A DNA stretch of 64,000 nt, taken from the NCBI GenBank assembly GCA_900617105.1, contig UYFQ01000001.1:2976001-3040000 (forward strand). Reading direction: 5' to 3'. Position numbers and translations under genes: made by a program. Source of the DNA: Hydrurus foetidus (taxonomy: Eukaryota). The notes below the pieces were generated by a model. That model was not told the origin of the DNA, ran no database searches, and saw nothing but the letters and a program-made list of their open reading frames with translations. Positions 38,852-50,985 of the stretch are shown here, piece after piece (the first letter of the stretch is position 1; every line of letters starts with the position of its first letter).

Positions 38852-41800
38852 TTATTTGGTTTCGCGCACGTTAGCGCCACGGGTGTTAGAGGATGCCGCT
38901 GGAATTTGCGGCACAGGCGTGTTTTGCTCAGGCACGGAGACCGCACCGCCATTAGCGGGGCGAGGTGCGACCAAAATTTGGTCAGCACTGTTGGTGCCCT
39001 GCTGCGGATACCGCGGTGATTTGCCCTCCCACTTCAGCGCGGGCTGATCTTTCTTTTCAGTGCCTGGGGCAGGAATTTCGCCTTTAGCGCGTCTTGCATT
39101 GACTTGCTCAAGCACCGTGTTCGAGCACGACCCTTCCGCAAAGTCCGCCCTTATTAACTGGCCGTTTTTCACGTCCAGAAACAAGCTGTTGGCGTCGCCC
39201 AGGTTGCGATTGCTCGTGGTGGTCATTCGGGAGCCTCGCGGCATGGTCAGCAGGTCTACCGAGATCACCTGGCTCTTGGGCTGTAAGCCGCAGTAGCTGT
39301 ACTTGCCTTCACTGTCAGTGATGAAGTACGTGCCATCACTTAAGTAAAGGCGCACCCCTGGTACACCGACTTCTTCAGCGTCTTGGATGTGGTTGTTGTT
39401 GCAATCCACAAATACCTTGCCTGCTACGCAACCCTCAGACGTGAACACGCCCGGTTCAACCTGTACTTTGGCGCGTGCTTCGTTAGACACCGCGCCATTG
39501 GCGCGGGCTTGCGCCCGGTTGATACCGTCGCCTTGCAGCGAGCCAACACCCAGCCGCACCTTGTAGAAGATAGACACTTCGCCGTTTATCAAAATGTTGC
39601 CCGGAATATCGAAACGCAAGGCGGGGCCGGGGCTTCCGGTTGGGTCGGGCATGGCCACCAATGCCACGCCGGCTGGGTTGCTGATTTGAGCCGTACCCGG
39701 TATGTACCTGAAGCCAGCGGGCAACGAATCGCTAATAACCGCGCCATTGACTGCAGCGTTGCCGATGTTGCGCAGTCGCAGGTTGTACATCACCACATCA
39801 CCAAACTCGGCCACTGGTTTGTTCACGGTTTTTATCAGCGCCAGCTTGCGCTGGTTGCCCGAATCCAGTGGTATGTGGTTATGAATGATGTCCCGATTGT
39901 TGGCGCCAATGTTGAACGACAAGAAATACGGCGTAAGTTGCGCACCGGTCGGCGCGCCTGGCTGGGCTTGCACCAGGAAGGCTGGCAACGGGCCGCCCGG
40001 CTGCGGCGGCAACGCGCCCGGCTGCGGCGGAATTAGCGCTGACGGCCCATAGTTTGCAGGCGGCGTCACGCCGAGGTTGTACACGCCCAGTGGCACATCT
40101 GACGCCAACACAAACTGGTAGAAACCAGACGGCCCCACCGTCTGCGACTGGTTCGCCGGGCCGCCCACCAAATGAATGTTGGGATCAAACCCAGGCGGGC
40201 CTGTGAACGTCACGATGGCACCCGGCACAGGGTTGCGCGTCACGGAGTCGTACACCACGCCGCTTGGATCGAGCGGCAGGTTTTGGTCAGCAGTGTTCGC
40301 GCCTGCGGTGACGCTGACGCCCTTGATTTTGCTGCGGTCTGTTGTTACGCCGTTGTTGGCCGTGATCACACTCTGTGACGTGCCGCCAGAAAGTATAGCT
40401 GTGCCAGCTTCGTTGTAAAACACAATTTCGTACTTGGGGCCGCCAGCTGAAGTCGGTGCCAAATCACCCACGGTGTAGGCGCCGCTAGCGTTAGTTACAG
40501 GCCGATTCAGGGGATTCGTGACCTCAGTTATGCGTACACCGGTGATCGGGTCAATTGCATAAACGGCCACACGAATGCCGGACACTAACGTTTCTCCGAC
40601 CTGATAAGTGCCGTCAATTGCGTTTTCACGCCACACCTTTCCAGAAATTGATCCGGGTTGAGCAGCCTCTACTGTCCGGTTTGAAGCGTTGTTAGCCAAG
40701 TTGGTGTCGTTGGTCGCGCCGGTGGTGGCGGTGACGTTGACCACGCTGTTGGGCTGGGTAAAGCTGATCGCCGCTGTGAGCGTGGTGTTGGACGCAACGT
40801 TCGCTGGCACGTTGGGGAAGCTGACCACGCCGGTAGCGGCGTTATACACGCCGACACCCAGCACCGGGCTGGTGACGTTGACACCGGCCAGGCCGGGGGT
40901 CAGCTGCAGGCTGAGCGTCAAACCGTTGGCCGTGTTGGCGCCGGTGTTGGCAAAGCTGACGGTGCCGTTGACGGTCGAGCCGATTGACGCTGCCGCTTGC
41001 GGGATGTCAACCGTTGCAGCCATGTCCGCTGCCAGCGGGGCGACGCTGTCAATGCCCGTGTTGTTGGCAGCGTTGGTGTCGTTGGTCGCGCCGGTGGTGG
41101 CGGTGACGTTGACCACGCTGTTGGGCTGGGTAAAGCTGATCGCCGCTGTGAGCGTGGTGTTGGACGCAACGTTCGCTGGCACGTTGGGGAAGCTGACCAC
41201 GCCGGTAGCGGCGTTATACACGCCGACACCCAGCACCGGGCTGGTGACGTTGACACCGGCCAGGCCGGGGGTCAGCTGCAGGCTGAGCGTCAAACCGTTG
41301 GCCGTGTTGGCGCCGGTGTTGGCAAAGCTGACGGTGCCGTTGACGGTCGAGCCGATTGACGCTGCCGCTTGCGGGATGTCAACCGTTGCAGCCATGTCCG
41401 CTGCCAGCGGGGCAACGCTGTCAATGCCCGTGTTGTTGGCAGCGTTGGTGTCGTTGGTCGCGCCGGTGGTGGCGGTGACGTTGACCACGCTGTTGGGCTG
41501 GGTAAAGCTGATCGCCGCTGTGAGCGTGGTGTTGGGCGCAACGTTCGCTGGCACGTTGGGGAAGCTGACCACGCCGGTAGCGGCGTTATACACGCCCGTG
41601 CCCAGTACGGCACTGACGACGTTAACGCCCGCCAGGCCGGGGTCAGCTGCAGGCTGAGCGTCAAACCGTTGGCCGTGTTGGCGCCGGTGTTGGCAAAGCT
41701 GACGGTGCCGTTGACGGTCGAGCCGATTGACGCTGCCGCTTGCGGGATGTCAACCGTTGCAGCCATGTCCGCTGCCAGCGGGGCAACGCTGTCAATGCCC

Positions 41801-44800
41801 GTGTTGTTGGCAGCGTTGGTGTCGTTGGTCGCGCCGGTGGTGGCGGTGACGTTGACCACGCTGTTGGGCTGGGTAAAGCTGATCGCCGCTGTGAGCGTGG
41901 TGTTGGGCGCAACGTTCGCTGGCACGTTGGGGAAGCTGACCACGCCGGTAGCGGCGTTATACACGCCCGTGCCCAGTACGGCACTGACGACGTTAACGCC
42001 CGCCAGGCCGGGGGTCAGCTGCAGGCTGAGCGTCAAACCGTTGGCCGTGTTGGCGCCGGTGTTGGCAAAGCTGACGGTGCCGTTGACGGTCGAGCCGATT
42101 GACGCTGCCGCTTGCGGGATGTCAACCGTTGCAGCCATGTCCGCTGCCAGCGGGGCAACGCTGTCAATGCCCGTGTTGTTGGCAGCGTTGGTGTCGTTGG
42201 TCGCGCCGGTGGTGGCGGTGACGTTGACCACGCTGTTGGGCTGGGTAAAGCTGATCGCCGCTGTGAGCGTGGTGTTGGACGCAACGTTCGCTGGCACGTT
42301 GGGGAAGCTGACCACGCCGGTAGCGGCGTTATACACGCCCGTGCCCAGTACGGCACTGACGACGTTGACACCGGCCAGGCCGGGGGTCAGCTGCAGGCTG
42401 AGCGTCAAACCGTTGGCCGTGTTGGCGCCGGTGTTGGCAAAGCTGACGGTGCCGTTGACGGTCGAGCCGATTGACGCTGCCGCTTGCGGGATGTCAACCG
42501 TTGCAGCCATGTCCGCTGCCAGCGGGGCAACGCTGTCAATGCCCGTGTTGTTGGCAGCGTTGGTGTCGTTGGTCGCGCCGGTGGTGGCGGTGACGTTGAC
42601 CACGCTGTTGGGCTGGGTAAAGCTGATCGCCGCTGTGAGCGTGGTGTTGGACGCAACGTTCGCTGGCACGTTGGGGAAGCTGACCACGCCGGTAGCGGCG
42701 TTATACACGCCGACACCCAGCACCGGGCTGGTGACGTTGACACCGGCCAGGCCGGGGGTCAGCTGCAGGCTGAGCGTCAAACCGTTGGCCGTGTTGGCGC
42801 CGGTGTTGGCAAAGCTGACGGTGCCGTTGACGGTCGAGCCGATTGACGCTGCCGCTTGCGGGATGTCAACCGTTGCAGCCATGTCCGCTGCCAGCGGGGC
42901 AACGCTGTCAATGCCCGTGTTGTTGGCAGCGTTGGTGTCGTTGGTCGCGCCGGTGGTGGCGGTGACGTTGACCACGCTGTTGGGCTGGGTAAAGCTGATC
43001 GCCGCTGTGAGCGTGGTGTTGGGCGCAACGTTCGCTGGCACGTTGGGGAAGCTGACCACGCCGGTAGCGGCGTTATACACGCCGACACCCAGCACCGGGC
43101 TGGTGACGTTGACACCGGCCAGGCCGGGGGTCAGCTGCAGGCTGAGCGTCAAACCGTTGGCCGTGTTGGCGCCGGTGTTGGCAAAGCTGACGGTGCCGTT
43201 GACGGTCGAGCCGATTGACGCTGCCGCTTGCGGGATGTCAACCGTTGCAGCCATGTCCGCTGCCAGCGGGGCAACGCTGTCAATGCCCGTGTTGTTGGCA
43301 GCGTTGGTGTCGTTGGTCGCGCCGGTGGTGGCGGTGACGTTGACCACGCTGTTGGGCTGGGTAAAGCTGATCGCCGCTGTGAGCGTGGTGTTGGACGCAA
43401 CGTTCGCTGGCACGTTGGGGAAGCTGACCACGCCGGTAGCGGCGTTATACACGCCGACACCCAGCACCGGGCTGGTGACGTTGACACCGGCCAGGCTGGG
43501 GGTCAGCTGCAGGCTGAGCGTCAAACCGTTGGCCGTGTTGGCGCCGGTGTTGGCAAAGCTGACGGTGCCGTTGACGGTCGAGCCGATTGACGCTGCCGCT
43601 TGCGGGATGTCAACCGTTGCAGCCATGTCCGCTGCCAGCGGGGCAACGCTGTCAATGCCCGTGTTGTTGGCAGCGTTGGTGTCGTTGGTCGCGCCGGTGG
43701 TGGCGGTGACGTTGACCACGCTGTTGGGCTGGGTAAAGCTGATCGCCGCTGTGAGCGTGGTGTTGGGCGCAACGTTCGCTGGCACGTTGGGGAAGCTGAC
43801 CACGCCGGTAGCGGCGTTATACACGCCGACACCCAGCACCGGGCTGGTGACGTTGACACCGGCCAGGCCGGGGGTCAGCTGCAGGCTGAGCGTCAAACCG
43901 TTGGCCGTGTTGGCGCCGGTGTTGGCAAAGCTGACGGTGCCGTTGACGGTCGAGCCGATTGACGCTGCCGCTTGCGGGATGTCAACCGTTGCAGCCATGT
44001 CCGCTGCCAGCGGGGCAACGCTGTCAATGCCCGTGTTGTTGGCAGCGTTGGTGTCGTTGGTCGCGCCGGTGGTGGCGGTGACGTTGACCACGCTGTTGGG
44101 CTGGGTAAAGCTGATCGCCGCTGTGAGCGTGGTGTTGGACGCAACGTTCGCTGGCACGTTGGGGAAGCTGACCACGCCGGTAGCGGCGTTATACACGCCC
44201 GTGCCCAGTACGGCACTGACGACGTTAACGCCCGCCAGGCTGGGGGTCAGCTGCAGGCTGAGCGTCAAACCGTTGGCCGTGTTGGCGCCGGTGTTGGCAA
44301 AGCTGACGGTGCCGTTGACGGTCGAGCCGATTGACGCTGCCGCTTGCGGGATGTCAACCGTTGCAGCCATGTCCGCTGCCAGCGGGGCAACGCTGTCAAT
44401 GCCCGTGTTGTTGGCAGCGTTGGTGTCGTTGGTCGCGCCGGTGGTGGCGGTGACGTTGACCACGCTGTTGGGCTGGGTAAAGCTGATCGCCGCTGTGAGC
44501 AGGAAGCCGGGCGCAAAGAAGCCTGGTACGTTTGCCGATGGGAATGTAACGATGCCGGTCGTTGAGTCGTATGCGCCTGTTCCTACGGGACTGACGACGT
44601 TGACGCCGACTAAATTAGGTGAGAGCTTGAGGGTAAATGTCGGGCCGGTGGCCGTGTTGGCGCTGGTGTTGGTAAAGCTGACGGTGCCGTTGACCGTGGA
44701 GCCGACTGACGCTGCCGCCTGCGGGATGTCAACCGTTACAGCCATGTCCGCTGCCAGCGGGGCAACGCTGTCAATGCCTGTGTTGTTGGCAGCGTTGACG

Positions 44801-46269
44801 TCGTTAATCGCGCCGGTAGTGGCGGTGCCGTTGACCACGCTGTTGGGCTGGGTAAAGCTGATCGTTGCAGTGATGACGGTGCTAGGCGCTACGGTGACTG
44901 GAATGTTTGCGCTTGGAAAGGTGACGATGCCGCTGACTGGGTCGTATGCGCCCACCCCCAGTACTAGACTGAAGACGTTGACGCCGACCAAGTTAGGTGA
45001 GAACTTGAGGGTAAACGTCGGGCTGCTGGCCGCGTTGGCGCCGGTGTTCTCAAAGATGACGAGGCCGCTGACAGTCGATCCGACTGGCGCTGCCGCCTGA
45101 GGGATGTCAACCCTCGCAGCCATATCAGCTGCCAGCGGGGCAACGCTGTCGACTCCGGTGTTGTTGGGAGCGTTGATGTCGTTAATCGCGCCGGTAGTGG
45201 CGGCGACGTTAACCACGCTGTTGGGCTGGGTAAAGCTGATCGCCGCTGTGAGCGTGGTGTTGGGCGCGACGTCGGCTGGCACGTTGGGGAAGCTGACCTG
45301 GCCCGTCGTTGGGTTGTACACGCCCGTGCCCAGTACGGCACTGACCACGTTGACGCCGGCCAGGCCGGGGGTCAGCTGCAAGTTCAAGATCAGGCCGTTG
45401 GCCGTGTTGGCGCTGGTGTTTGCAAAGCTGACGGTGCCGTTGACAGTCGAGCCAACTGGCGCTGACGCCTGCGGGATGTCGACTACTGCGCTCATGTCGG
45501 CGCAGCCCAAGGTTGATAAAGGCACCAACGCAGCCTCGTCGAAATTGGCGGCATTATCCATTAACATAACGTAGGAGTAAGTTTGACCCGCCGTCAAATT
45601 AACTGTGGAAGAGGCCAAGAACCAACCCGTGGTGGTGGAGCCCCCTACATTACTATCAACTGCTACGGTGACTTCGGCGACCTTCGCACCCGAGACGCCA
45701 ACGCCTTGCAATATGCTGATAGTTCCTTTGCCGGTTTGACCATCGCGGCCTGAAAAATAGCCACTAAATCTGTAATTGGCTGTGCCACCTTGGCCGCACG
45801 ACGGAACAGTAAACGTTTGGTATGCTGCATTTGAACCGCCCGCAATATCCAAGTAGTACCCCACTCCACCAGGATTGGTAACGTCGCTGTTAGGTCCAGT
45901 TGGGTAATAGGAAAAATTATCAGGTGCACCTAGGTTAACTTTGATGAGGTTGGGCTTTTCACCGGTAGAAAATATCCAGCCTGGTAGCGTGTAGGCGTAC
46001 GAAAAGAGGTTGTTGCCCAGGCCTATCCGGTCTGTTCCTTGCAGTGTTGGCAAGGTACTGAAGTCGCCATTACTTAGGATATTCGGCTGCGCAAAAGACG
46101 GCAAGCCAAGACCGAAAAGGGCAAGTAGCAGCGCAAATTGGCACAGCGTTTGCAGCCGCTGTGTTAACTTAGCAATGTATCGCTTAGCAGTTCTCATCAT
46201 GTCCGTTACCTGTTTCACAAAAAGGCGCTTAGGCCTGTTGTTCGAGTATGTTCCTACATGTCGTTTCAA
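38852..46269 (-). CDS. Giant surface protein (~2,470 aa): N-terminal tip domain, 13 DUF11-like repeats, SdrD-B-like and DUF11 C-terminal domains; frameshift at ~41640
   Basis: ORFs 41290-46269 and 38852-41593 share the 124-aa repeat. Signal peptide ending SFA-Q; ISGKVW, LIKTVNK..AEFGDVVMY..ISDSLPAGF.Y, GKVFVDCN. Confidence 0.85.
40690..45500 (-). repeat. 13 tandem units of ~372 bp, 10 nearly identical
   Basis: GCCATGTCCGCTGCCAGCGG recurs every 372 bp (371 bp across the frameshift). Confidence 0.95.
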
Positions 46270-46739
46270 ATGATACCAAATAGTTCGAGATTTAGAAATG
46301 AGGCGTTACATATTAGCGACAAGTTTTGCACGGGCAACTGATTTAACGCTGGTGGGGTTAAAAGTACGGTCTTTGTTAACGAGGCCTCCTCGCCAGATGG
46401 GTTCGTCGGACAACTGCTTTGGTCAAGTGACTGAGCGTGAGCGGGGGGTTAGCCACACGCTTTTGGTTTCTTGCGGCGCTTTACGAGCCGCATCGCTTTG
46501 CTGTCGCATGCGCTGAGCAAATCGCTGCTGGTCTGGTGGGCGAGTTAATCAAATCCGCCCTGGTTATTTGCTTTTACGCAACAGATTGAAGTCCTGTACT
46601 CCTTTTGGCCGCCATCGCAAAAACGTGAAGGGTTTAAAAAGCGATCCGGGGCCCGAAGTGAGAACTCGGCGTTGACTGAGTTGACCGCCAAGAGACAATA
46701 TCAAACGGCCAACCACCGGCGCAAGCGCTGCAGGCGCTG

Positions 46740-46760
46740 CAGGCGGAAATTTTCCGCCTG
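46740..46760. other. Perfect palindrome CAGGCGGAAA-T-TTTCCGCCTG
   Basis: 10-bp arms, abutting repeat copy 10; function unknown. Confidence 0.55.
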
Positions 46761-46824
46761 AATTAGACTCGTCTTGGCCTGTACGCCATATAATTCGGGC
46801 GCTAGCAGCTATTATTTATGTAGC
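46760..46824 (-). repeat. Dispersed repeat, copy 10
   Basis: Plus strand: GGCCTGTACGCCATATAATTCGGGCGCTAGCAGCTATTATTTATGTAGC. Confidence 0.85.
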
Positions 46825-46863
46825 GCTTTTGTGGCCGCAGATTCGCCCGTGGGGGTAACGCCC

Positions 46864-47454
46864 TCAATCTGCCAAGCGCTCGCTGGCCTGCAAGACCTGA
46901 TGGATCACCATTTGCACCTGGCTAACGTGCGCCGCGTTGGTGAGCCGCCCGTTGGCATCGAAAGCGTCAGCGGCCCGCCCCAAAGCAAACGCCTTGGGCG
47001 CTACCCAACATTGCAGGTTAAGCAGCAAGGGGGCCAAGTGGCTTTGTGACCGCAGCCCCCCCATGGGTCCGGGTGATGCGCTGAGCATACCCACCACTTT
47101 GCCTGCAAACGGTTTAAACCCGTCGTTCCACGCAGGGTCAGACTTCACCGGGCTGGACGCCCAATCAATCGTGTTTTTTAAAAGCGCGGTGTAGCTGCCG
47201 TTGTATTCAGGAGAGCAAATAACCCATGCAGGGTGCTCAAACATGATTCGTTTGAGCTTGAGCACATCGGGCGGCGTACCATTGACTTCTAAATCAGCGT
47301 TGTACATCGGGATAGCCAATTCCCCTAATTCCAAAAGCGTGACCTCTGCACCCGCAGCGCGAGCCAGAGTTGCGGCGGCCTGCGCGAGCTGGCGGTTGAA
47401 AGACGCTTGACGGGCGCTGCCTGCAAAAATCAAAAGCCGGTTTGGAGAAGTCAT
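46864..47454 (-). CDS. NADPH-dependent FMN reductase
   Basis: GSARQASFN, SPEYNGSY, LKNTIDW. Confidence 0.92.
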   Translation of the reverse strand: MTSPNRLLIFAGSARQASFNRQLAQAAATLARAAGAEVTLLELGELAIPMYNADLEVNGTPPDVLKLKRIMFEHPAWVICSPEYNGSYTALLKNTIDWASSPVKSDPAWNDGFKPFAGKVVGMLSASPGPMGGLRSQSHLAPLLLNLQCWVAPKAFALGRAADAFDANGRLTNAAHVSQVQMVIHQVLQASERLAD

Positions 47455-47504
47455 TGCTTGATTTCAACACACCTAGTTCTTAGCTCGTACATCTGGTCTT
47501 AAAA

Positions 47505-47542
47505 ACCTGTAAAATGTACAAACCACTAATTTTTGTACAAAA
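47505..47542. promoter_or_regulatory. Putative TA operator with TGTACA palindromes
   Basis: ATGTACAA and TTTTGTACAAAA (47531-47542) immediately before the antitoxin ATG. Confidence 0.55.
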
Positions 47543-47811
47543 TGCAAGCTTCTCCCCGCCATCCAACCATCAGCGTTCCCTTAAGCGAATTTCGCGCCAA
47601 CACATCGGCCATGATTGACCTGGTCGAGAAGGGTCAGACCGTGCGCATTTTGCGGCACGGCAAGCCAGTCGCTGAGCTGGTGCCGATGCAGGCGCAGGAG
47701 CCGCTGAAAGTGCCGCGCTGGAAGGTGGCGATTGAACCCTTGAACTACCTTAAACAACCCAGCAAATCGGGTGCACAGATGATCATCGAAGAGCGCGAAG
47801 GCGGCTGGTGA
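47542..47811 (+). CDS. Phd/YefM antitoxin
   Basis: SEFRANTSAMIDLVEKGQTVRILRHGKPVAELVP. Confidence 0.9.
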   Translation: MQASPRHPTISVPLSEFRANTSAMIDLVEKGQTVRILRHGKPVAELVPMQAQEPLKVPRWKVAIEPLNYLKQPSKSGAQMIIEEREGGW

Positions 47812-48230
47812 TGAATGTTCTGTTTGATGCGTCAGCACTGTTCAAACGCTACAGCGGCGAGGCAGGCGTTGAGCGCTTGCTGCAATTGCAGGCATCCGCC
47901 AGCGCAGTTACCGCGGCTGTGCACTGCAAGACCGAAGTCGCGTCAGCCTTGACACGCCAATGGCGGGAGGGCGCTTTCAGTGACGACGAATATGCCCGCG
48001 TGCTGGCAAATATTCATGCCGACTTTGAAGAGCTGGCAGTCATGCCGCTGTCTGGCCAAGCCGAGCGTTACGCGATTGCCGCCATGCGCCTGGCCAGCCT
48101 GCGAGGCATGGACGCACTGCATATTGGCACGGCGCAGGCAGCGCAGGTTGACCTTTTTGTGACGGCAGATAAACGCCAGGCTGCGGCAGCACAAACCGTC
48201 GGCTTGAAAACCGAACTGATAGAAATCTAA
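47808..48230 (+). CDS. vapC: VapC (PIN) toxin
   Basis: [30 protein letters not shown]. Confidence 0.9.
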   Translation: MMNVLFDASALFKRYSGEAGVERLLQLQASASAVTAAVHCKTEVASALTRQWREGAFSDDEYARVLANIHADFEELAVMPLSGQAERYAIAAMRLASLRGMDALHIGTAQAAQVDLFVTADKRQAAAAQTVGLKTELIEI

Positions 48231-48231
48231 T

Positions 48232-50193
48232 ATGTTTTACCCCCAGGAATTTGACGTGATCGTGGTCGGCGGTGGCCATGCTGGTACCGAGGCGGCGTTG
48301 GCCAGCGCGCGCATGGGCTGCAAAACCCTTTTGCTCACGCACAACATCGAAACCCTCGGCCAGATGAGCTGCAACCCGTCCATCGGCGGGATTGGCAAGG
48401 GCCATTTGGTCAAAGAAGTTGACGCCATGGGCGGCGCGATGGCGTTGGCTACTGACGAGGGCGGCATTCAGTTCCGCATTTTGAACAGTTCCAAAGGCCC
48501 AGCCGTTCGCGCAACGCGGGCGCAGGCGGACCGTGTTTTGTACAAGGCAGCGATTCGGCGGATGCTGGAGAACCAGCCGAATTTATGGCTGTTTCAACAA
48601 GCCGTCGATGACCTGATGGTTGAAGGCGACAGGGTGGTGGGCGCGGTGACGCAGGTAGGCATCAAGTTCCGCAGTCGTACTGTGGTTCTCACGGCTGGCA
48701 CTTTCCTGGACGGAAAAATCCACGTTGGCCTGCAAAATTTTGCTGCCGGCAGGGCGGGTGACCCGCCTGCGGTATCGTTATCAGCCCGGCTCAAAGAGCT
48801 CAAGCTGCCGCAAGGCCGCTTGAAAACCGGCACGCCGCCGCGCATTGATGGCCGTACGATTGACTTCAGCAAGTGCATTGCGCAGCCCGGGGATGGCATG
48901 CCGGGCGGCACGCCAGGTGACGTACCCGTGTTCAGTTTTATGGGCGGCGCTATCAAGCACCCAGAGCAAGTGCCGTGCTACATCACCCACACCAACGCGC
49001 GCACGCACGACATCATTCGCAGCGGATTTGACCGCAGCCCCATGTTTACCGGCAAGATTGATGGCGTGGGCCCGCGATATTGCCCGAGTGTGGAAGACAA
49101 AATCAACCGCTTTGCCGACAAGGACGCGCACCAGATTTTCCTGGAGCCCGAGGGGCTGACCACGCACGAGATCTACCCCAACGGCATCTCGACCAGCTTG
49201 CCGTTTGACATTCAATACGACTTGGTCCGCTCAATGGTCGGCATGGAAAACGCCCACATTCTGCGGCCCGGCTACGCGATTGAATACGATTACTTTGACC
49301 CTAGAGCCCTGAAAACCAGCTTTGAAACCCGCGCCATCAACGGGCTGTTTTTTGCGGGGCAAATCAACGGCACCACCGGCTATGAAGAGGCAGCGGCGCA
49401 AGGTATGTTTGCCGGTATCAATGCGGCTCTAGCTTGCCAGGGCAAAGAAGCCTGGTTGCCCAAACGCGACGAGGCGTATTTGGGCGTGCTGGTCGATGAC
49501 CTGATCACCAAGGGCGTTACCGAGCCGTACCGCATGTTTACCAGCCGGGCCGAATATCGCCTGATGCTGCGCGAAGACAACGCCGACATGCGCCTGACTG
49601 AAAAGGGCAGGGAACTGGGGCTGGTGGACGACGCGCGCTGGGACGCTTTTAACCGCAAACGCGATGCTGTTTCACGTGAAACACAGCGCTTGCGCAGCAT
49701 TTGGGTGAACCCGAACAATTTGCCATTGGCTGATAGCGTCCGCGTTCTGGGCAAAGCGATTGAGCGGGAATACAACCTGGCCGACCTGCTGAGGCGGCCC
49801 GATGTGAACTACGCTGGGCTAATGAGCCTGGACGGGGGCAAGTACGCCAATGACGACGCATCGGTTGCCCAAGCAAAGAGCGTGATCGAGCAGATTGAAA
49901 TCACCGCCAAGTACGCAGGCTACATTGACCTGCAAAAAGTAGAAGTCGAACGCGCAGCGCATTACGAAAACCTAAAACTACCGCCCGAGCTGGACTACCT
50001 GCAAGTACAAGCCTTGAGCTTTGAGGCCCGCCAAACGCTAGCCAAGCACCGGCCCGAAACACTGGGCTTAGCGTCGCGTATTTCAGGTATAACTCCCGCA
50101 ACAGTGTCTCTGCTATTGGTGCATTTAAAAAAGCATCTTTGGAAGGCCACTTTGCCCGAGCAGCAAGGTGACAAGCAACCCGTTACCTTATAG
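48232..50193 (+). CDS. mnmG: tRNA U34 modification enzyme MnmG (GidA)
   Basis: [42 protein letters not shown]. Confidence 0.99.
   Translation: MFYPQEFDVIVVGGGHAGTEAALASARMGCKTLLLTHNIETLGQMSCNPSIGGIGKGHLVKEVDAMGGAMALATDEGGIQFRILNSSKGPAVRATRAQADRVLYKAAIRRMLENQPNLWLFQQAVDDLMVEGDRVVGAVTQVGIKFRSRTVVLTAGTFLDGKIHVGLQNFAAGRAGDPPAVSLSARLKELKLPQGRLKTGTPPRIDGRTIDFSKCIAQPGDGMPGGTPGDVPVFSFMGGAIKHPEQVPCYITHTNARTHDIIRSGFDRSPMFTGKIDGVGPRYCPSVEDKINRFADKDAHQIFLEPEGLTTHEIYPNGISTSLPFDIQYDLVRSMVGMENAHILRPGYAIEYDYFDPRALKTSFETRAINGLFFAGQINGTTGYEEAAAQGMFAGINAALACQGKEAWLPKRDEAYLGVLVDDLITKGVTEPYRMFTSRAEYRLMLREDNADMRLTEKGRELGLVDDARWDAFNRKRDAVSRETQRLRSIWVNPNNLPLADSVRVLGKAIEREYNLADLLRRPDVNYAGLMSLDGGKYANDDASVAQAKSVIEQIEITAKYAGYIDLQKVEVERAAHYENLKLPPELDYLQVQALSFEARQTLAKHRPETLGLASRISGITPATVSLLLVHLKKHLWKATLPEQQGDKQPVTL
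49668..49683. promoter_or_regulatory. parS site within mnmG
   Basis: TGTTTCACGTGAAACA, the canonical ParB palindrome. Confidence 0.9.
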
Positions 50194-50203
50194 GTGGAAG
50201 AAC

Positions 50204-50941
50204 ATGGTTAGTCGAAAAAGGGCGCAGCTAGGCGCATTTTTAATGGCGCGCTGGGTGCTGTTAATGTTGATTTTGGTGGCCATGCTGGTCGTGCCGATCT
50301 GGCTTAAAAGAAACAGTGACGACAAACAAAAAGAGCGCACCAAAGCAGAGGCCAAAGCGAATAACGACGTGAACGCAACGTACGAAGCGGCACAGACAAC
50401 GTCAATGTCGCCTATGACGACCACTGCCGCGGCCGCTGCAAATCAAACGTCCCGCCCAGTCGGCGCTGGCCACGGCCTGACGTTTGCTGCCCGTGCACCC
50501 AGTGCAGACGACTCGCCCGACGCCGCTTACTTGAACTGCAAGAGCGAACCGGTGCCCACTGACAAACCTTATCAAAACGCCTGCAATCCGTATCAAGGGG
50601 ACACCTCCTGCCGCGTGGTGTTGCCTGTTCTTTGCATAAAAACAGCTGACAGCATCAAAGACGCCCAGCCTACAAACGCACCAGCGGGGGCCTGGGCTTC
50701 ATCAACCCTGGGCGCCACTGCTCCGGTGATGGGTGCACTGTTGAGCTCGCTGGACGTTGCCCACGCCCGTTGCGAAAAAGAGCTGGGCGAAGGTTACAGA
50801 ATGGCAGGCGGCTTTAACAATGGTGGCGTTGATTGGGCGATGGCTGGCAGGCGCGGGCAGGGCTTAATGCTGGGCGGGTCAACCCGCTATTGGGTCGCAG
50901 TCACAGACCAGCGTGCCAACTGCTGGGACAGCCCGCCGTGA
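50204..50941 (+). CDS. Membrane-anchored hypothetical protein with Cys-rich domain
   Basis: N-terminal TM; CNPYQGDTSCRVVLPVLC...C..ELG.GYRMA...YWVAV.DQ.ANCWD. Confidence 0.7.
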   Translation: MVSRKRAQLGAFLMARWVLLMLILVAMLVVPIWLKRNSDDKQKERTKAEAKANNDVNATYEAAQTTSMSPMTTTAAAAANQTSRPVGAGHGLTFAARAPSADDSPDAAYLNCKSEPVPTDKPYQNACNPYQGDTSCRVVLPVLCIKTADSIKDAQPTNAPAGAWASSTLGATAPVMGALLSSLDVAHARCEKELGEGYRMAGGFNNGGVDWAMAGRRGQGLMLGGSTRYWVAVTDQRANCWDSPP

Positions 50942-50985
50942 CGGCTTGTATTTCACGCAACACTAAACTTTGGTCGGGGTCAGCT

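Noticed and set aside
40689..45574. Long plus-strand ORFs (1243 aa, 322 aa, 120-aa series)
   Set aside because: Antisense shadows of the repetitive adhesin gene.
46270..46740. c-di-GMP riboswitch upstream of the adhesin operon
   Set aside because: No GEMM-type GGCAAA/GAAA/GACGCAAAG arrangement recognised; an Rfam scan would settle it.
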